Origin: Eledone cirrhosa
Taxonomy: Eukaryota
Direction: 5' to 3'
DNA length: 64,000 nucleotides
Assembly: GCA_964016885.1 (NCBI GenBank)
Contig: CAXHJY010000941.1
Span: 138,109-202,108, forward strand
Shown here piece after piece: positions 1-12,256 of this stretch. The position numbers and the translations under genes are program-made. Below the pieces are notes generated by a model. It was not told where the DNA came from. It saw nothing but the letters and a program-made list of their open reading frames with translations, and ran no database searches. The first letter of the stretch is position 1, and every line of letters begins with the position of its first letter.

Positions 1-465
1 GAATTTTAAAAAAAAGCAATAAAATTGAGTGAAATGATGGAACCACTGACGTTAAATGTTAAAATAATTTAAATCTGGCACCAGTTCATGTAGTATCAGG
101 ATATAAGAAAATGTGGTGCATAAGCAATAGCACTTGTAAATCTCCTAAGATCTGAGATGAATATTAAAATATAGAATCACACTTTAGGTGAAAAATCAAA
201 ATAATGGTGAATAGAAAGGTTAGTGAAAAGAGTCAAGTGTGAAAATACATATGTGAAAAGTAGGGTCAGAAATCATTATATTTGCAAAATTAAATTTCCA
301 TAATTGAATGATTGAATAGTATTTTGAAAAATCTTTATGTGCACATGTATGTTCATGTACACACATACACACTGACACACACATACATACAAATATGTAT
401 GTGTGAGTCAGTGTGTGTATGTATATATATATCATCATCATCATCATTTTACGTCCGTTTTTCCT

Positions 466-690
466 AGGACTAGAACTGTTTCATTTGAAGGAAATCATCA
501 GGAAAGCCTGACAATTTCCTTCGAATGAAACAGAAGATATTTCTGTATTAAATATTTATACTCTTCTATGTATTGAGTACCTCACTTACTGTGGTTACCC
601 CCGATTGAATCCAGGATACACACGCACACACACACACACACATATATATGTGTGTGTGTGTGTATCCCGGGTTCAATTGGGGGTAACCAC
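466..690. mobile_element. Short PLE/retrozyme-type remnant: head-to-head pair of damaged hammerhead motifs plus 3' tail, followed by an inverted copy of the tail end
   Basis: The minus strand of 466-502 reads cCTGATGAtttccttcaaatGAAAcagttctagtcct. The plus strand of 507-533 reads cCTGACAAtttccttcgaatGAAAcag. Both resemble the intact HHR at 7814-7862. 591-621 and 660-690 form an imperfect inverted repeat around a (CA)/(TG) tract. Confidence 0.6.
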
Positions 691-770
691 ATATGATATA
701 TATGTATATATATATGATATATATATGCATATATATATGATATATATGATATATATATATGATATATATC

Positions 771-1297
771 ATAAATCATGTCCTTAGAATTATTAGATAA
801 AATATATACCATTTTCTCTCCCAATTAGCATAATTAACCATATAAAAAAATCAATTAGACCAGGCTATAAGAATAAAGGCTCCTATGAAGAAATATTTGA
901 TAAATAACTGAAAGCGGCCTCTTTCAGTGACCCCAATAGAGTACTTACCCAACATTTCAACAGCATGTAGAAACTGACTAAATATACCGTCAACCATACA
1001 CAATTAGGTGTAAATTTAAACTTAGAAGAAACGTGTACATACTGTAATTACATCTCTACCATGGTTTCGTCCGTATTTTTAGATATCCTATTGTTAAGGA
1101 TGAACCTAGAGTAACAGACTCTTCAGGAGACAAACTCAGTTGGACAGTTAATTTTCCAAAGCTATCGCGTCAAAAATAGATTAAAAAATGGCTAAGAATC
1201 GTGACGTGGCAGTGGTCAAGTTAGAAAGAATGTGATTAGTTGCTTACGGCGGGTAGGCTTGTTGCTTTCATTGAGCCACAACGTGACCGGTTGCCAC
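771..1297 (-). mobile_element. Non-coding HHR-bearing element (PLE pLTR-like) between (TA)n-like tracts
   Basis: Complex sequence bounded by TA-rich microsatellite. It contains the HHR at 1052-1131 and has no credible ORF. Confidence 0.55.
1052..1131 (-). ncRNA. Type I hammerhead ribozyme with long stem II
   Basis: Minus strand: gtctc CTGAAGA gtctgt-[37 nt]-acggac GAAA ccatgg TA gagat. Stem I gtctc/gagat, stem II gtctgt/acggac, palindromic stem III ccatgg, GUA cleavage triplet. Confidence 0.85.
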
Positions 1298-1517
1298 ATA
1301 TATATCTGTGACTTTATGTATATGTAAATCTTTATATTTATATGATATATATGTATATATATATACATATATATATCATATATCTATATCTATATATACA
1401 TATATGATATATATAATATATGATATATATGATATATGATATATATGATATATATGATATATATAATATATGATATATATGATATATATGTATATGATAT
1501 ATATGTATATATATATA

Positions 1518-1680
1518 TCCCACACTGTAAATGTGGGTGGTGTTAGGAAGGGCATCCAACAGTAGAAAACCAGCCATATATGAACAAGATATGGTCACCC
1601 AACACAACTTGCCTCAAAATAGGACCCATCTAATCCATACTAGTGTGGAAGATGGACGTTAATCGATGATGATGATGATA
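1518..1680 (+). mobile_element. RTE LINE 3'-end fragment with (GAT)n tail
   Basis: Carries the gtgttaggaagggcatcc and ggacgttaa-gatgatgat motifs found in the 3' UTRs of the long RTE copies. Similar fragments lie at about 431-465, 4200-4507, 5075-5310, 5578-5780, 6555-6670, 42230-42528, 47180-47390 and 50321-50373. Confidence 0.8.
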
Positions 1681-1854
1681 CATATTATATATATATGTAT
1701 ATATATGATATATATGTGTATATATATATGATTATATATGTATATATATATGATTATATATGTATATATATATGATTATATATGTATATATATATGATTA
1801 TACATGTATATATATATATATGATTATATATGATATATATATATATGTGTATAT

Positions 1855-3014
1855 ATATTTATTAAAATAACAGATTAAAGTTTAAGCAAAGAATCGCTGC
1901 TTTCACCCTTAACGGGATCTTCTGAAACTAACAAAGTCAATCTGTAAACGCAGAACTGGATATTTCAAAAAACCTTGCAACCGGAGGAAGACAGGAAGAC
2001 GATAGTTTGGTTCGTGGTAACGTTCGCTGGCAAAGAACGGGAAAAAACGAATAATACGTCATTAATAGGAGCGGTGAAAAACAATTACGCGCAAAGACAG
2101 AACCACGTTTATGGTATAAAATAGGTCGTAGACTAATGTTCTCTTAGGTGGTGCATAGAGATGTTCTCTGGCAATGAACGAAAAAACGAAGATAATAAGA
2201 CAAATGTGGAGCGTGGAGAACAATAGCACGCAAAGACAAAATCACGTAAATGGTAAGCAGAAGTCGTAGACTAAAATTCTAACTAGAAGACCAAATGAAT
2301 CTCCGCTACAGAGTTAAGAACAAAGTAAATAAATACAATACAGAAGTAATAGAAACAAATAAATACATTCACGCAAACAGATACGTACATACACGCAAAC
2401 AGATACGTACATACACAAGCATACGCAAAACCTTACCATAGGTATACAAAACCACGCACATATAAATATGTGTGTGTGTGTGTATGCTTGTGTACAAATA
2501 AATAAATAATTATATAAACGTATATAAGTAAATAAATACGTATATAACAAGCGCACACGCATACCTACATATAAATACACGAATGTTCGGAGACGTAAGT
2601 CAACTAAAACAAGAAGTACACATATACACACACACACCATACGTACGAACCTGCATACTCACGCAGACGCAAAACTCCCGTATACACATAGCCAAACCCT
2701 AAATACCAGAATATGTAAAAATTATACGCCATAACAGTCAAATATACGTACGAGAAGGTATACATACCTTCACAAAACATATCGTCTTCCTGTCTTCCTC
2801 CGGTTGCAACGTTTTTTGAAATATCCAGTTCTGCGTTTACAGATTGACTTTGTTAGTTTCTGAAGATCCCGTTAAGGGTGAAAGCAGCGATTCTTTGCTT
2901 AAACTTTAATCTGTTATTTTAATAAATATTTGCTCTACGGTTCTTATATATTTGATATATATTTTCCTTATCGAGCCCTCTTTGGATTTTAGTCTTCAAT
3001 TTTATTATTATTAC
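1855..3014. mobile_element. Non-autonomous or truncated PLE-type element with ~150-bp inverted pseudo-LTRs and an ~85-nt tail
   Basis: 1855-2003 is the near-perfect reverse complement of 2780-2929. Both arms carry an HHR motif, an extra tail covers 2930-3014, and TA microsatellite flanks both sides. Confidence 0.8.
2855..2905 (+). ncRNA. Type I hammerhead ribozyme
   Basis: agttt CTGAAGA t-ccc-gttaa-ggg-t GAAA gca-gcgattctt-tgc TT aaact. The mirror copy at 1879-1929 (-) has the core mutated to CAGAAGA. Confidence 0.75.
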
Positions 3015-3455
3015 TATATGTATATATATATATATGATATATATATATGATTATATATGTATATATATGATTATATATGTATATATATGATTATATATGT
3101 ATATATATGATTATATATGTATATATATGATTATACATGTATATATATATGATTATACATGTATATATATATGATTATACATGTATATATATATGATTAT
3201 ACATGTATATATATTTGATTATATATATATATATGATATATATATATATATATGATTATATATGGTTTATATATATGATTATATATGGTTTATATATATG
3301 ATTATATATGGTTTATATATATGATTATATATGGTTTATATATATGATTATATATAGTATATATATATGATTATATATGATATATATATATATATGATTA
3401 TATATGATATATATATATGTATATATATATATATGTATGTATATATATATATGTA

Positions 3456-3590
3456 GTGAAGGTGCATGGCTGAGTGGTAAGAGAATTGGATTCACAATCA
3501 TGAGGCTGTAAGTTCGATTCCTGGACCGGGTGATGCGTTATGTCCTTGAACAAGACACTTTATTTCACGTTGCTCCTTCTAGCTGGAGTT
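3456..3590 (+). mobile_element. tRNA-derived SINE with CORE-like domain, 3'-truncated
   Basis: A box tggctgagtgg and B box gttcgattc, then tgtccttgaacaagacactttatttcac, which resembles the CORE (MIR/OR2-type) domain. Related copies lie at 14827, 21462 (-) and 23412. Confidence 0.75.
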
Positions 3591-3684
3591 ACTGCCGATA
3601 GATAGTATTAGCAATTGGAAAGACCAACGGGAACATTGATTCCTCAGTCCGATTTGACGAAAGTCGATCGACTATATATATATG

Positions 3685-3725
<41 letters not shown>

Positions 3726-3937
3726 ATATATATATATGTATGTATATATATATATATATGATATATATGTATATATGATATGTATGATATATATACATAT
3801 GTATATATATACATATGTATATATATACATATATGATATATATATATATATATGTTTATATATGATATATATATATATATGTTTATATATGATATATATA
3901 TATGATATATATATATATGTATATATACATATATATA

Positions 3938-4005
<68 letters not shown>

Positions 4006-4009
4006 TATA

Positions 4010-4040
<31 letters not shown>

Positions 4041-4041
4041 G

Positions 4042-4076
<35 letters not shown>

Positions 4077-4502
4077 TAGGGTGGTGCCCCAGCATGGTCT
4101 CAGCCGGATGGCTGGAACAGGTAAAAGAGTAAAATAGTATATATATATTGTTATATTTGGGGAGGGTCATATTGTTATAATATTGCCAGAAATAATAATA
4201 AAACACACTCACTATCAAAACACACCCCCGTCCCACCACCCTCCACCCCACCCACACCGCCCCTTTCAATGTAAAGTTATGTTGGTCCCACAACATCCAG
4301 GCCGAAACAAATGAGATCGTGTAGGTGTCACAACAAAAAACACACAGTCCACGCTGTAAAGTGGTACTATTATCTTTCCTCCCATTGTATTGTAATGCCT
4401 ACATCATTTTTATTTTATTTATTTATTTATTCTTGCCTCAAAATAGGACCCATCTAACCCATGCTAGCGTGGAAGAAAGACGTTAATCGATGATGATGAT
4501 GA

Positions 4503-4544
<42 letters not shown>

Positions 4545-4547
<3 letters not shown>

Positions 4548-4960
4548 GGAGGTGAGTTTATTATTGTAGTACAATAAAGCAATGCAGATATCGGATAAGA
4601 AGCACTCTACAGTTTGTAGAACTGGAGTATGCATAATATAAGATCAAAAGATGGTTAAAGGAGTTCCATGTATTTTATTATGCGCATTTCAAAAACAAAC
4701 ATCATCATGCAATAATATTTGTGTTTTCATCAGATAAAACAGGAGAACATGATATGAAGGCTAAAAAACACTTGTGGATAGTGCAGTTTTAAATCAACAT
4801 ATGTTGATTTAAAACTGCACTATCCACAAGTGTTTTTTAGCCTTCATATCATGTTCTCCTGTTTTATCTGATGAAAACACAAATATTATTGCATGATGAT
4901 GTTTGTTTTTGAAATGCGCATAATAAAATACATGGAACTCCTTTAACCATCTTTTGATCT

Positions 4961-4968
<8 letters not shown>
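4545..4968. mobile_element. Fold-back pLTR element: 336-bp spacerless palindrome (4633-4968) plus an 88-nt tail (4545-4632, minus strand)
   Basis: The arms mirror around 4800|4801 and I found no mismatch by eye. Each arm carries an HHR, and (TA)n lies on both sides. Confidence 0.9.
4861..4929 (+). ncRNA. Type I hammerhead ribozyme (mirror copy 4672-4740 on minus strand)
   Basis: gttttat CTGATGA aaacacaaatattattgcatgatgatgtttgttttt GAAA tgcgca TA ataaaat. Stem I ttttat/ataaaa, long stem II, palindromic stem III tgcgca. Confidence 0.8.
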
Positions 4969-5000
<32 letters not shown>

Positions 5001-7508
5001 TTAATATATTCCCTCTGCTATATTGGTATCACCTTCAGTAATCAACAAAATTATGGTACAACCTATATATAAAAGCATCCAGTGCACTCTGTAAATGTGG
5101 TTGGCATTAGGAAGGGCATCCAGCCACAGAAACCAAGCCCAAATCAGTTCTGTATGAGCAAGACATAGTCATCTGACCTGGCGTGTCTGACAACGGGACA
5201 ACTCATCTAACCCATACTAGTAGGGAAAATGGATGTTAAAACAACAACAATGATGATGATATGGACATCATCATCATTGTTTTAACATCCGCTTTCCCTG
5301 TTAGCAAGGATTGAATACGTATATGTATATAATATATATGTATATATTATGTATATGTATATAATATATATGTATATATTATGTATATGCATGTATTATT
5401 GTTTTATATTTTGTATCTCGGCTCTGTAATACATTTGATAATTTACATTGAGCCTTTTCTCTTACCGGTAATTGGCTAGTACTTAGTACTACCCACCATG
5501 TTTATAATTATATATAAACCATATATAAGTATAAATATTATTATTACTATATATGTAGGTATATATTTATGTATATATCATCATCATTTAATGTACAATT
5601 TTCCACAATAGCATGGGTTGGATAAGTTGTCCTATAGTGAGACAAGTTAGATCAGATGACCATGTCTTGAACGTACAGAACTGTTCTGGCTTAGGTTTTA
5701 TGGCTGGATTCCCTTCCTAACAGCAACCACATTTACAGTGTGGACTGGGTGCTTTTTATCATGACACCAAAACAACCACAAAGTAGGATTGCATCAATAT
5801 AGTGTTAGGTTCTGTGTTGTTATTCACTGAGACTTTTTGAAGTTTCAGCAAAAATACTTGCAAACAGATAGCAACACCAATAACCACACTAGAACACTCC
5901 ACTGCCATAATAAGCAGTACTGATTATTTCTGAAGATGCATTAATTATTTAAACAAATGCAGATTGAAGAGAAATATTTAAAAGCCATAGTTTTTGGTTT
6001 GATCAGAAAAATAGCTGGAAAGAAACCAAACTGGAAACAGCTAGATAAGCAAATTGATATTAAATTAGAAAATATCAGAATTGGTATATTAGTTATTACT
6101 AAATGACTGTAGAACTGATAGCAGCTGAGAACATAATTTTATTAACAGAATGAAGAGAGACAGTTTTATAATTACATAACTGCCAAGAAAAGAATTCCTT
6201 TTCGGAGATCTTCATATTGGTTCATGTGCCTGTATGTGCATGACTATATGCATGCTTGTGTGTTTGTGTGTTAATATGCATTGAATAGACATTCAAATTT
6301 ATACATCTGCATGAATAACTGGAGCTTATATTGTTGTATCAGGAGCAACTCCTTAATGCTAAATAGTCTGCTAACATACATATTCTCCAACAATTATTTT
6401 CACAACATATAATATAGATAGAAACATTGTTGAGTGACTAAAATGTTTGTTTCAAAGGATTTTGGATGTGATTCCACTGTAACACCTTAGACAAGTGTCT
6501 TCTAATATAGCTTTGGATTGGCTAATGCCTTGTGAGAGACATTTGGTTAATGATGATCATCATCATTTTCCCTCTGTTTTCCATGCTAGCCTGGTTTGGA
6601 CAGGTACCATGTTTAGCATGGCTTCTATGTCTGGATGTTCTTCTTAATGCCAATTACTTTACAGAAATTGATACATGAAATTAATAAAACTTTGTGTTAT
6701 CGTATCTCTGTGATTGTCTTTTTTATCTTGAACTATATACACATATACAGACACACACACACACATATATATTTTTTATATAACAAAGGACCATGAGAAC
6801 TGGTGACATGCAGTACTACAGAAGTGTGACCTGATCTGACCACATACCTCCTCACCTCAACTAGGATTCATTAGTAATTATCTTCACCATCACTGTAAAA
6901 CCCCAATCCTTCCATGTTCCTTAGTAGTTATTCTCACATCACTACATCCACTTCCAAAATACTATCACAAAAGTTGTAACACCTTTGTAGTTGTTATCAA
7001 TTTAGTATATACCCACATGCTATCGGAGGTTACCCTCCTCCTACTCATCACCTTGTCAAATGCTGACACACTTCTCATACACCCATCACATCATACTTAT
7101 CATCCTTCTCACACCCCCATATGGTGCCTTAAAAATGCACCCAATACTCTGTGTAAAGGGGTTGGCATTAAGAAGGGCATCCTGCTGTAGAAACCATGCT
7201 AAAAAAGTGTCAGAAGGACCCTTCAGTAGTTTCAATGACATGACAACCTCCCTAGTGTTGGTGATCTTTATGATAAATACACCCAGTACATTCTGTACAG
7301 TGGTTGATGATACCAATGCAATCTTCTCTCCTGCACACTGCATCTGATCCCTCTCATGCCTAATTTCTCATACATTTATGCTTTGCCATTTGTATATATT
7401 ACTATTGCACATCCATCAAAGCATGGAGGCTTCATTTCTTATATATATATATATATATGTGTGTGTATATATATATATATATATACACACACATATATAT
7501 ATATATAT

Positions 7509-7670
<162 letters not shown>

Positions 7671-7712
7671 GTGTGTGTATATATATAGCATCATCATCAT
7701 CATATATATATA

Positions 7713-7780
<68 letters not shown>

Positions 7781-7813
7781 CACGATTATATGCGATTTCA
7801 TGTGATTATATGC

Positions 7814-7862
7814 GATTCCTGATGATTTCTCACGAATGAAACAGTTCTAGTCCTGTAGAATC
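7814..7862 (+). ncRNA. Type I hammerhead ribozyme in a ~145-bp insert (7781-7925) within (TA)n
   Basis: gattc CTGATGA t-ttc-tcac-gaa-t GAAA cag-ttctagtc-ctg TA gaatc. All three stems close, with a GUA triplet. Confidence 0.8.
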
Positions 7863-7942
7863 TCTTCTATATTAAAACTTTTATACTCTGGTATTTACCT
7901 CCGATTCAATCCGGAATAACTTACCTATATATGTATATATAT

Positions 7943-10794
7943 ATCATCATCATCATCGTTTAACGTCCATATTCCACGCTTGCATGGGTTTGGACGGGAG
8001 TTTTCCCACTTGAAGCAAGAGTGGTTGTCTTGCTCGCTTAGGACTGTCTGGCGGGTTTCTACAGCTGGATGCCCTTCCTAACACCAACCACGTTTACAGT
8101 GTGGACTGGGAGGTTTTTACCGTGTTACCTACACGCCCACATTACAGCGTGGACTGTGTTTTTTTGTCGTAACACCTACACGACCTCATTTGTTTCGGAC
8201 TGGATGTTGTGGTACCAACATAACTTTACATTGAAAGTGGTGGTGTGGATGGGGGGGGGGGGTGTATTTTTGTTAGAGGTGCCTACTGACTGTAGTAGGT
8301 TTCACTTTGTACTCTGGTAAGGCGGGTCTTCTGTATTACTGTGTAGCGCCAAAGATCTCAGTCCAGTGACATTGTCTTGGAGAGGTGTAAGTGTGTGAGG
8401 TCGGAATTTATCAAGTCGTCCCAGGTTTTTCTGGGTCTGCCTACTCCGTGGCTACCGTCTATTTTTATTGCCCTGCACTTTTTTATACAGCTGTCGTCTT
8501 TCATGCACATCACGTGACCGTACCAACGTAGTCTTCTCTCGAGTAAACAACATTTGATCTCTCGTATTTCTAATTTTTCCCTTAGTTCATTTATGCTTTG
8601 CCGTTCATGTATATTACTATTACACATCCAGCGGAGCATGCAAACTTCCTACCTCTCCAGTCTGCGTATATCCTCTGCACACAATGCCCAGGTCTCACTG
8701 CCATGCAACATTACTGTTCGTATGCAGGCATCATACAGCCTGCCTTTCATTTTTAGAGAGAACCCTTTAGCAGCTAATAGTGGTATAAGCTCTCTGAACT
8801 TTTTCCATCCAGTTCTGACTCTAGCTACTGTACTTTCAGAGCACCCTCCACCACTGCTGATTTTGTCACCCAAGTAACGGAAGGTGTCCACTATTTCTAT
8901 AGAACCATCTGTGCAATGGAATGAGCTAGTATTCTGTGGGCACTTGCTGCTACTTATTGCACCAGAGCACTGGCCACATGTAAAATCTATGTTCTTAGTT
9001 AGCTTACCTGTGATCCCACTACATCGTTTATGCACCCATACTTTGCATTTGGGACATAAAATGGAGTTTCTACCTACTCCTTTCCTACACACTGAGCATG
9101 GCCATTTCTCAGATGGGACCGGTGCCCTATTTTCCTTCCTACAAACTAGAACTTTAGTCTTAGACAGGTTAATTTTAAGGCCTTTTGATTCTAGGCCATG
9201 CTTCCATGTTTGGAATTTCTTCTCTAGTTCAATCATTGATTCAGCTATGAGCGTTAGATCATCTGCATATAAGAGTTCCCATGGGCAGCCGGTCTTGAAC
9301 TCCTCTGTTATAGCCTGAAGGGCAATGATAAATAGTAGGGGGCGAAGAACGGAGCCCTGATGAACACCAACTTTTACACTAAACTCTTCACTATATTCGT
9401 TGTTAATTCCAACCTTGCTGGCTGTTTCTTTATACATGGCTTGTATAGCTCTCACAAGCCATTCATCAACACCTAGTTTTCTAAGAGCCCACCAGATAAT
9501 GGAACGGGGGACTCTGTCAAAGGCTTTCGCCAAGTCGACAAAAGCTAAGTATAGGGGTTTACTTTTAGCTAGGTACTTCTCCTGTAGTTGTCGTACAATG
9601 AAAAGAGCGACTGTGGTACTGTTACCTGACACAAACCCAAACTGCATTTCATCTAGATCAATTCGCTCTCTGATTAGTTGTGCTATTACTTTTTCTGTGA
9701 TCTTCATGACCTGGTCGATTAATTTAATGCCTCTATAGTTACCCCTATCTAGGGCATCTCCTTTACCCTTGTAGCAGTTAATGATGATGCTGCTATGCCA
9801 GTCCTTCAGAACAACCCCATTCTATATGACTTGGTTTACTATCCGGGTGACCATAGTGTGTCCCATCGTTCCAGAAGCTTTCAGCATTTCAGCAACTATT
9901 TCTGAAGGCCCAGCCGCCTTACCCGTCTTCATATCTTTGATTGCCTTACTTATTATACTACCTTCGACTGACACTGCTGGTCCCTCTATTAGATTGATGT
10001 GGGGGAGACTGTCTTTCTCCCATTTGTTCTCCTCATTTAGTAGCCTTTCGTAGTGACACTTCCAAGCTACCTTTTTATCAGCATCAGTGATAGCAAGTAC
10101 ACCATCATCATTAAGGACACACTTCTCCCAGACAATATCATGGTTTTCCTTGACACATTGCCTTGCAATCCTGAACACCTCACGTTTTTGGTCCTCGCGT
10201 TGTAGGACATGCTTGAACTTTCTTTCCTCTGCTTCCCTTCTTGCGAAGTGCACTTGTCTCCTAGCTTCCCTCCTGGCCACTTGATAGGCTTCTCTACTTC
10301 CTCCATCCCGCCATACTTTCCAAGCCTGCTTTTTGGCCTTAATTGACTCCTCCACCTTACTGTTCCACCACCACGTTACTCTCCTCCTGCCTATAGGCCT
10401 GCTCCAGCCACAGACTTCATCTGACGCCATCAGCAGGTTTGCTTTCAGGAATTCCCATTGTTCCTCTATATTGTACGACTCTAATTGCTCTTCCTTACTG
10501 TCGAAAGCATCAAGTAATATGCTTTTAAATTTATTACTGGTTGTGGGGTCCTTTAGCTTCCATATTTTTCTCCTGAGGATAGTCCTTTTCTGTTGTTGAG
10601 TACGTCTCGTCCTGACTATGAGGTTGCTAATTATGAGTCTATGTTGAGAGGTGCATTCTACATGGGGGAGGGATTTAGTGTTTACAACAGACACTCTGTC
10701 ACGTCTTCTGGTAAGGATATAATCTACCTGGCTGGTGTGTTCCCCTGATCTGTAGGTGATCAAGTGATTGTCTCGTTTTTTGAAGTTAGTGTTA
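7943..10794 (-). mobile_element. RTE-clade LINE, 5'-truncated (APE C-terminus, RT, 3' UTR), with disabling stops
   Basis: ORFs 9822-10763 (SQVDYIL...SQHRL, end of APE), 8649-9707 (QFGF, FVDLAKAFDRV, GVHQGSVL, LLYADD, FRYLG) and 8358-8639 (RRLRWYGHV, GRPRKTW). It has a (GAT)n tail and (TA)n on both sides. Confidence 0.95.
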
Positions 10795-10824
10795 TATATA
10801 TATATATATATCTATATATATATA

Positions 10825-10854
<30 letters not shown>

Positions 10855-10855
<1 letters not shown>

Positions 10856-11508
10856 CATCATCATCATCACCGTTTTACGTCCGTTCTTCCACGCTAGCAT
10901 GGGTTAGACTGGTTGTCCTGTTGTGGGCAGTGTCTGGTCGGCTGACCATGCCTTGCTCATACAGGAACTGATTTGGCTTGATTTCTACGGCTGGATGCCC
11001 TTCCTAACACCAACCTCATTTACAGTGAGTGCTGGGTGCTTTTTCGTGGCACCTACACGTCCACTTTACAGTGTGGGCTGGGTGCTTTTTTGCCGTGGCA
11101 CCTCCACGACCACCTTGCGGTGGGGTGTGTGGGGGCATATTGTCTATATGCTTCAGCTTGTACCCATGGGAGGTCGGGTACTCTGTATTACTGCGTGACG
11201 CCAGCGGTCACGGTCATGTGTCATTGCCTTTGAGAGGTGTAATTGGGTAAAGTCGGCTTTTATCACCTCATCCCAGGTCATCTTGGGTCTCCCCACTCTG
11301 CGGTTTCCATAGACTTCTAGTGCTTTGCACCTTTTTATGCAGCTGTCATCCTTCATACACATCACATGTCCATACCAGCGCAACCGCCTCTCCTGCACAC
11401 AGCATTTGATTCCTCTTATGCTCAGTCTCTCTCTCAATTCATTTATGCTTTGTCGTTCACGTATATTACTGTTACACATCCATCGGAGCATGCAGGCTTC
11501 GTTTCTCT
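10855..11508 (-). mobile_element. RTE LINE 3' fragment, related subfamily
   Basis: ORF 11153-11491 (MLRWMC...RRLRWYGHV...GRPKMTW), the RTE 3' UTR motif and a (GAT)n tail. Confidence 0.9.
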
Positions 11509-11526
11509 ATATATATTTATTTATAT

Positions 11527-12088
11527 CAGGTCACCAGTTGGTACTACTGGTAACATGTATCCCAGTACAACCTGTCTCGTGGTCGGGTCGTTGGCGACTA
11601 AACTGGCAACCCCACCAAGGTTTCTTGGTGAGGAGAGTGACTTTGGACATCCTGCAGGACTAAAAACAAAACCTGTCAAAGGGCAAAGGAGCTCTTAAGA
11701 GTCAATGACCATCCAAAATCTAGGAGAAGGAAAACTCTGATATAACACCTGCAACCCTGCTGGTATCCAATAATGTTGACTTGTTCTTCGTTTTGGTAAA
11801 TATCATCTTGGTTAAGAGAGTGGGACTGGCTTTGTGCAGTGCCTTTGCTCACTATAAAAGCTCCACGGCACAGGCATTGCTTTATATCTGGAGATCTCTC
11901 TGCACTTGTCATCACATGGTACCATGGGCCCAGCACTATGGGTCAATAATTGTCACAGGTGTAGAGTTTGTACCAGAGTTTTCAAGTCGCTGGCTGGACT
12001 AAAAAGTCACACTCGTTCAGCGCATCAGTAGGGGTTCTCCTACATGGATATAAAGTAGTGGCCGTACTCGAAAACGAGTTGGCAGCCA

Positions 12089-12090
<2 letters not shown>
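11527..12090 (+). other. Unclassified complex insert between (TA)n tracts, possibly derived from an RTE 5' UTR
   Basis: Higher-GC block with sharp TA boundaries. The motif ctaggagaaggaaaactctgat recurs in similar form near 37276-37296. No recognisable protein. Confidence 0.3.
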
Positions 12091-12146
<56 letters not shown>

Positions 12147-12256
12147 ATATATATGTATGTATATATATATAAATGAAAGTATAGAAATTATTGTGAGCAT
12201 GAAGACAACAGTATTTCATAATATATAAGTTATAAGTGTATATATATATATATATA

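Noticed and set aside
3456-3530. tRNA genes at the SINE heads
   Set aside because: A and B boxes are present, but I saw no complete cloverleaf and each runs into a SINE body.
8554-10599. Antisense ORFs overlapping the RTE copies (also at 12386-14121, 48260-49720, 55216-56031)
   Set aside because: They are shadow frames of the RT coding strand and recur only because the copies are homologous.
11529-11607. Possible HDV-like ribozyme (ggtcac...ccagt...ctcgtggtc-ggg-tcg-ttgg-cga-ctaa-actgg) at the start of the unclassified insert
   Set aside because: P1, P2, P4 and a CUAA junction can be drawn, and RTE 5' ends are known to carry such ribozymes. However, I could not form a proper P3/L3 together with P1. 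It needs a descriptor search on a family consensus.
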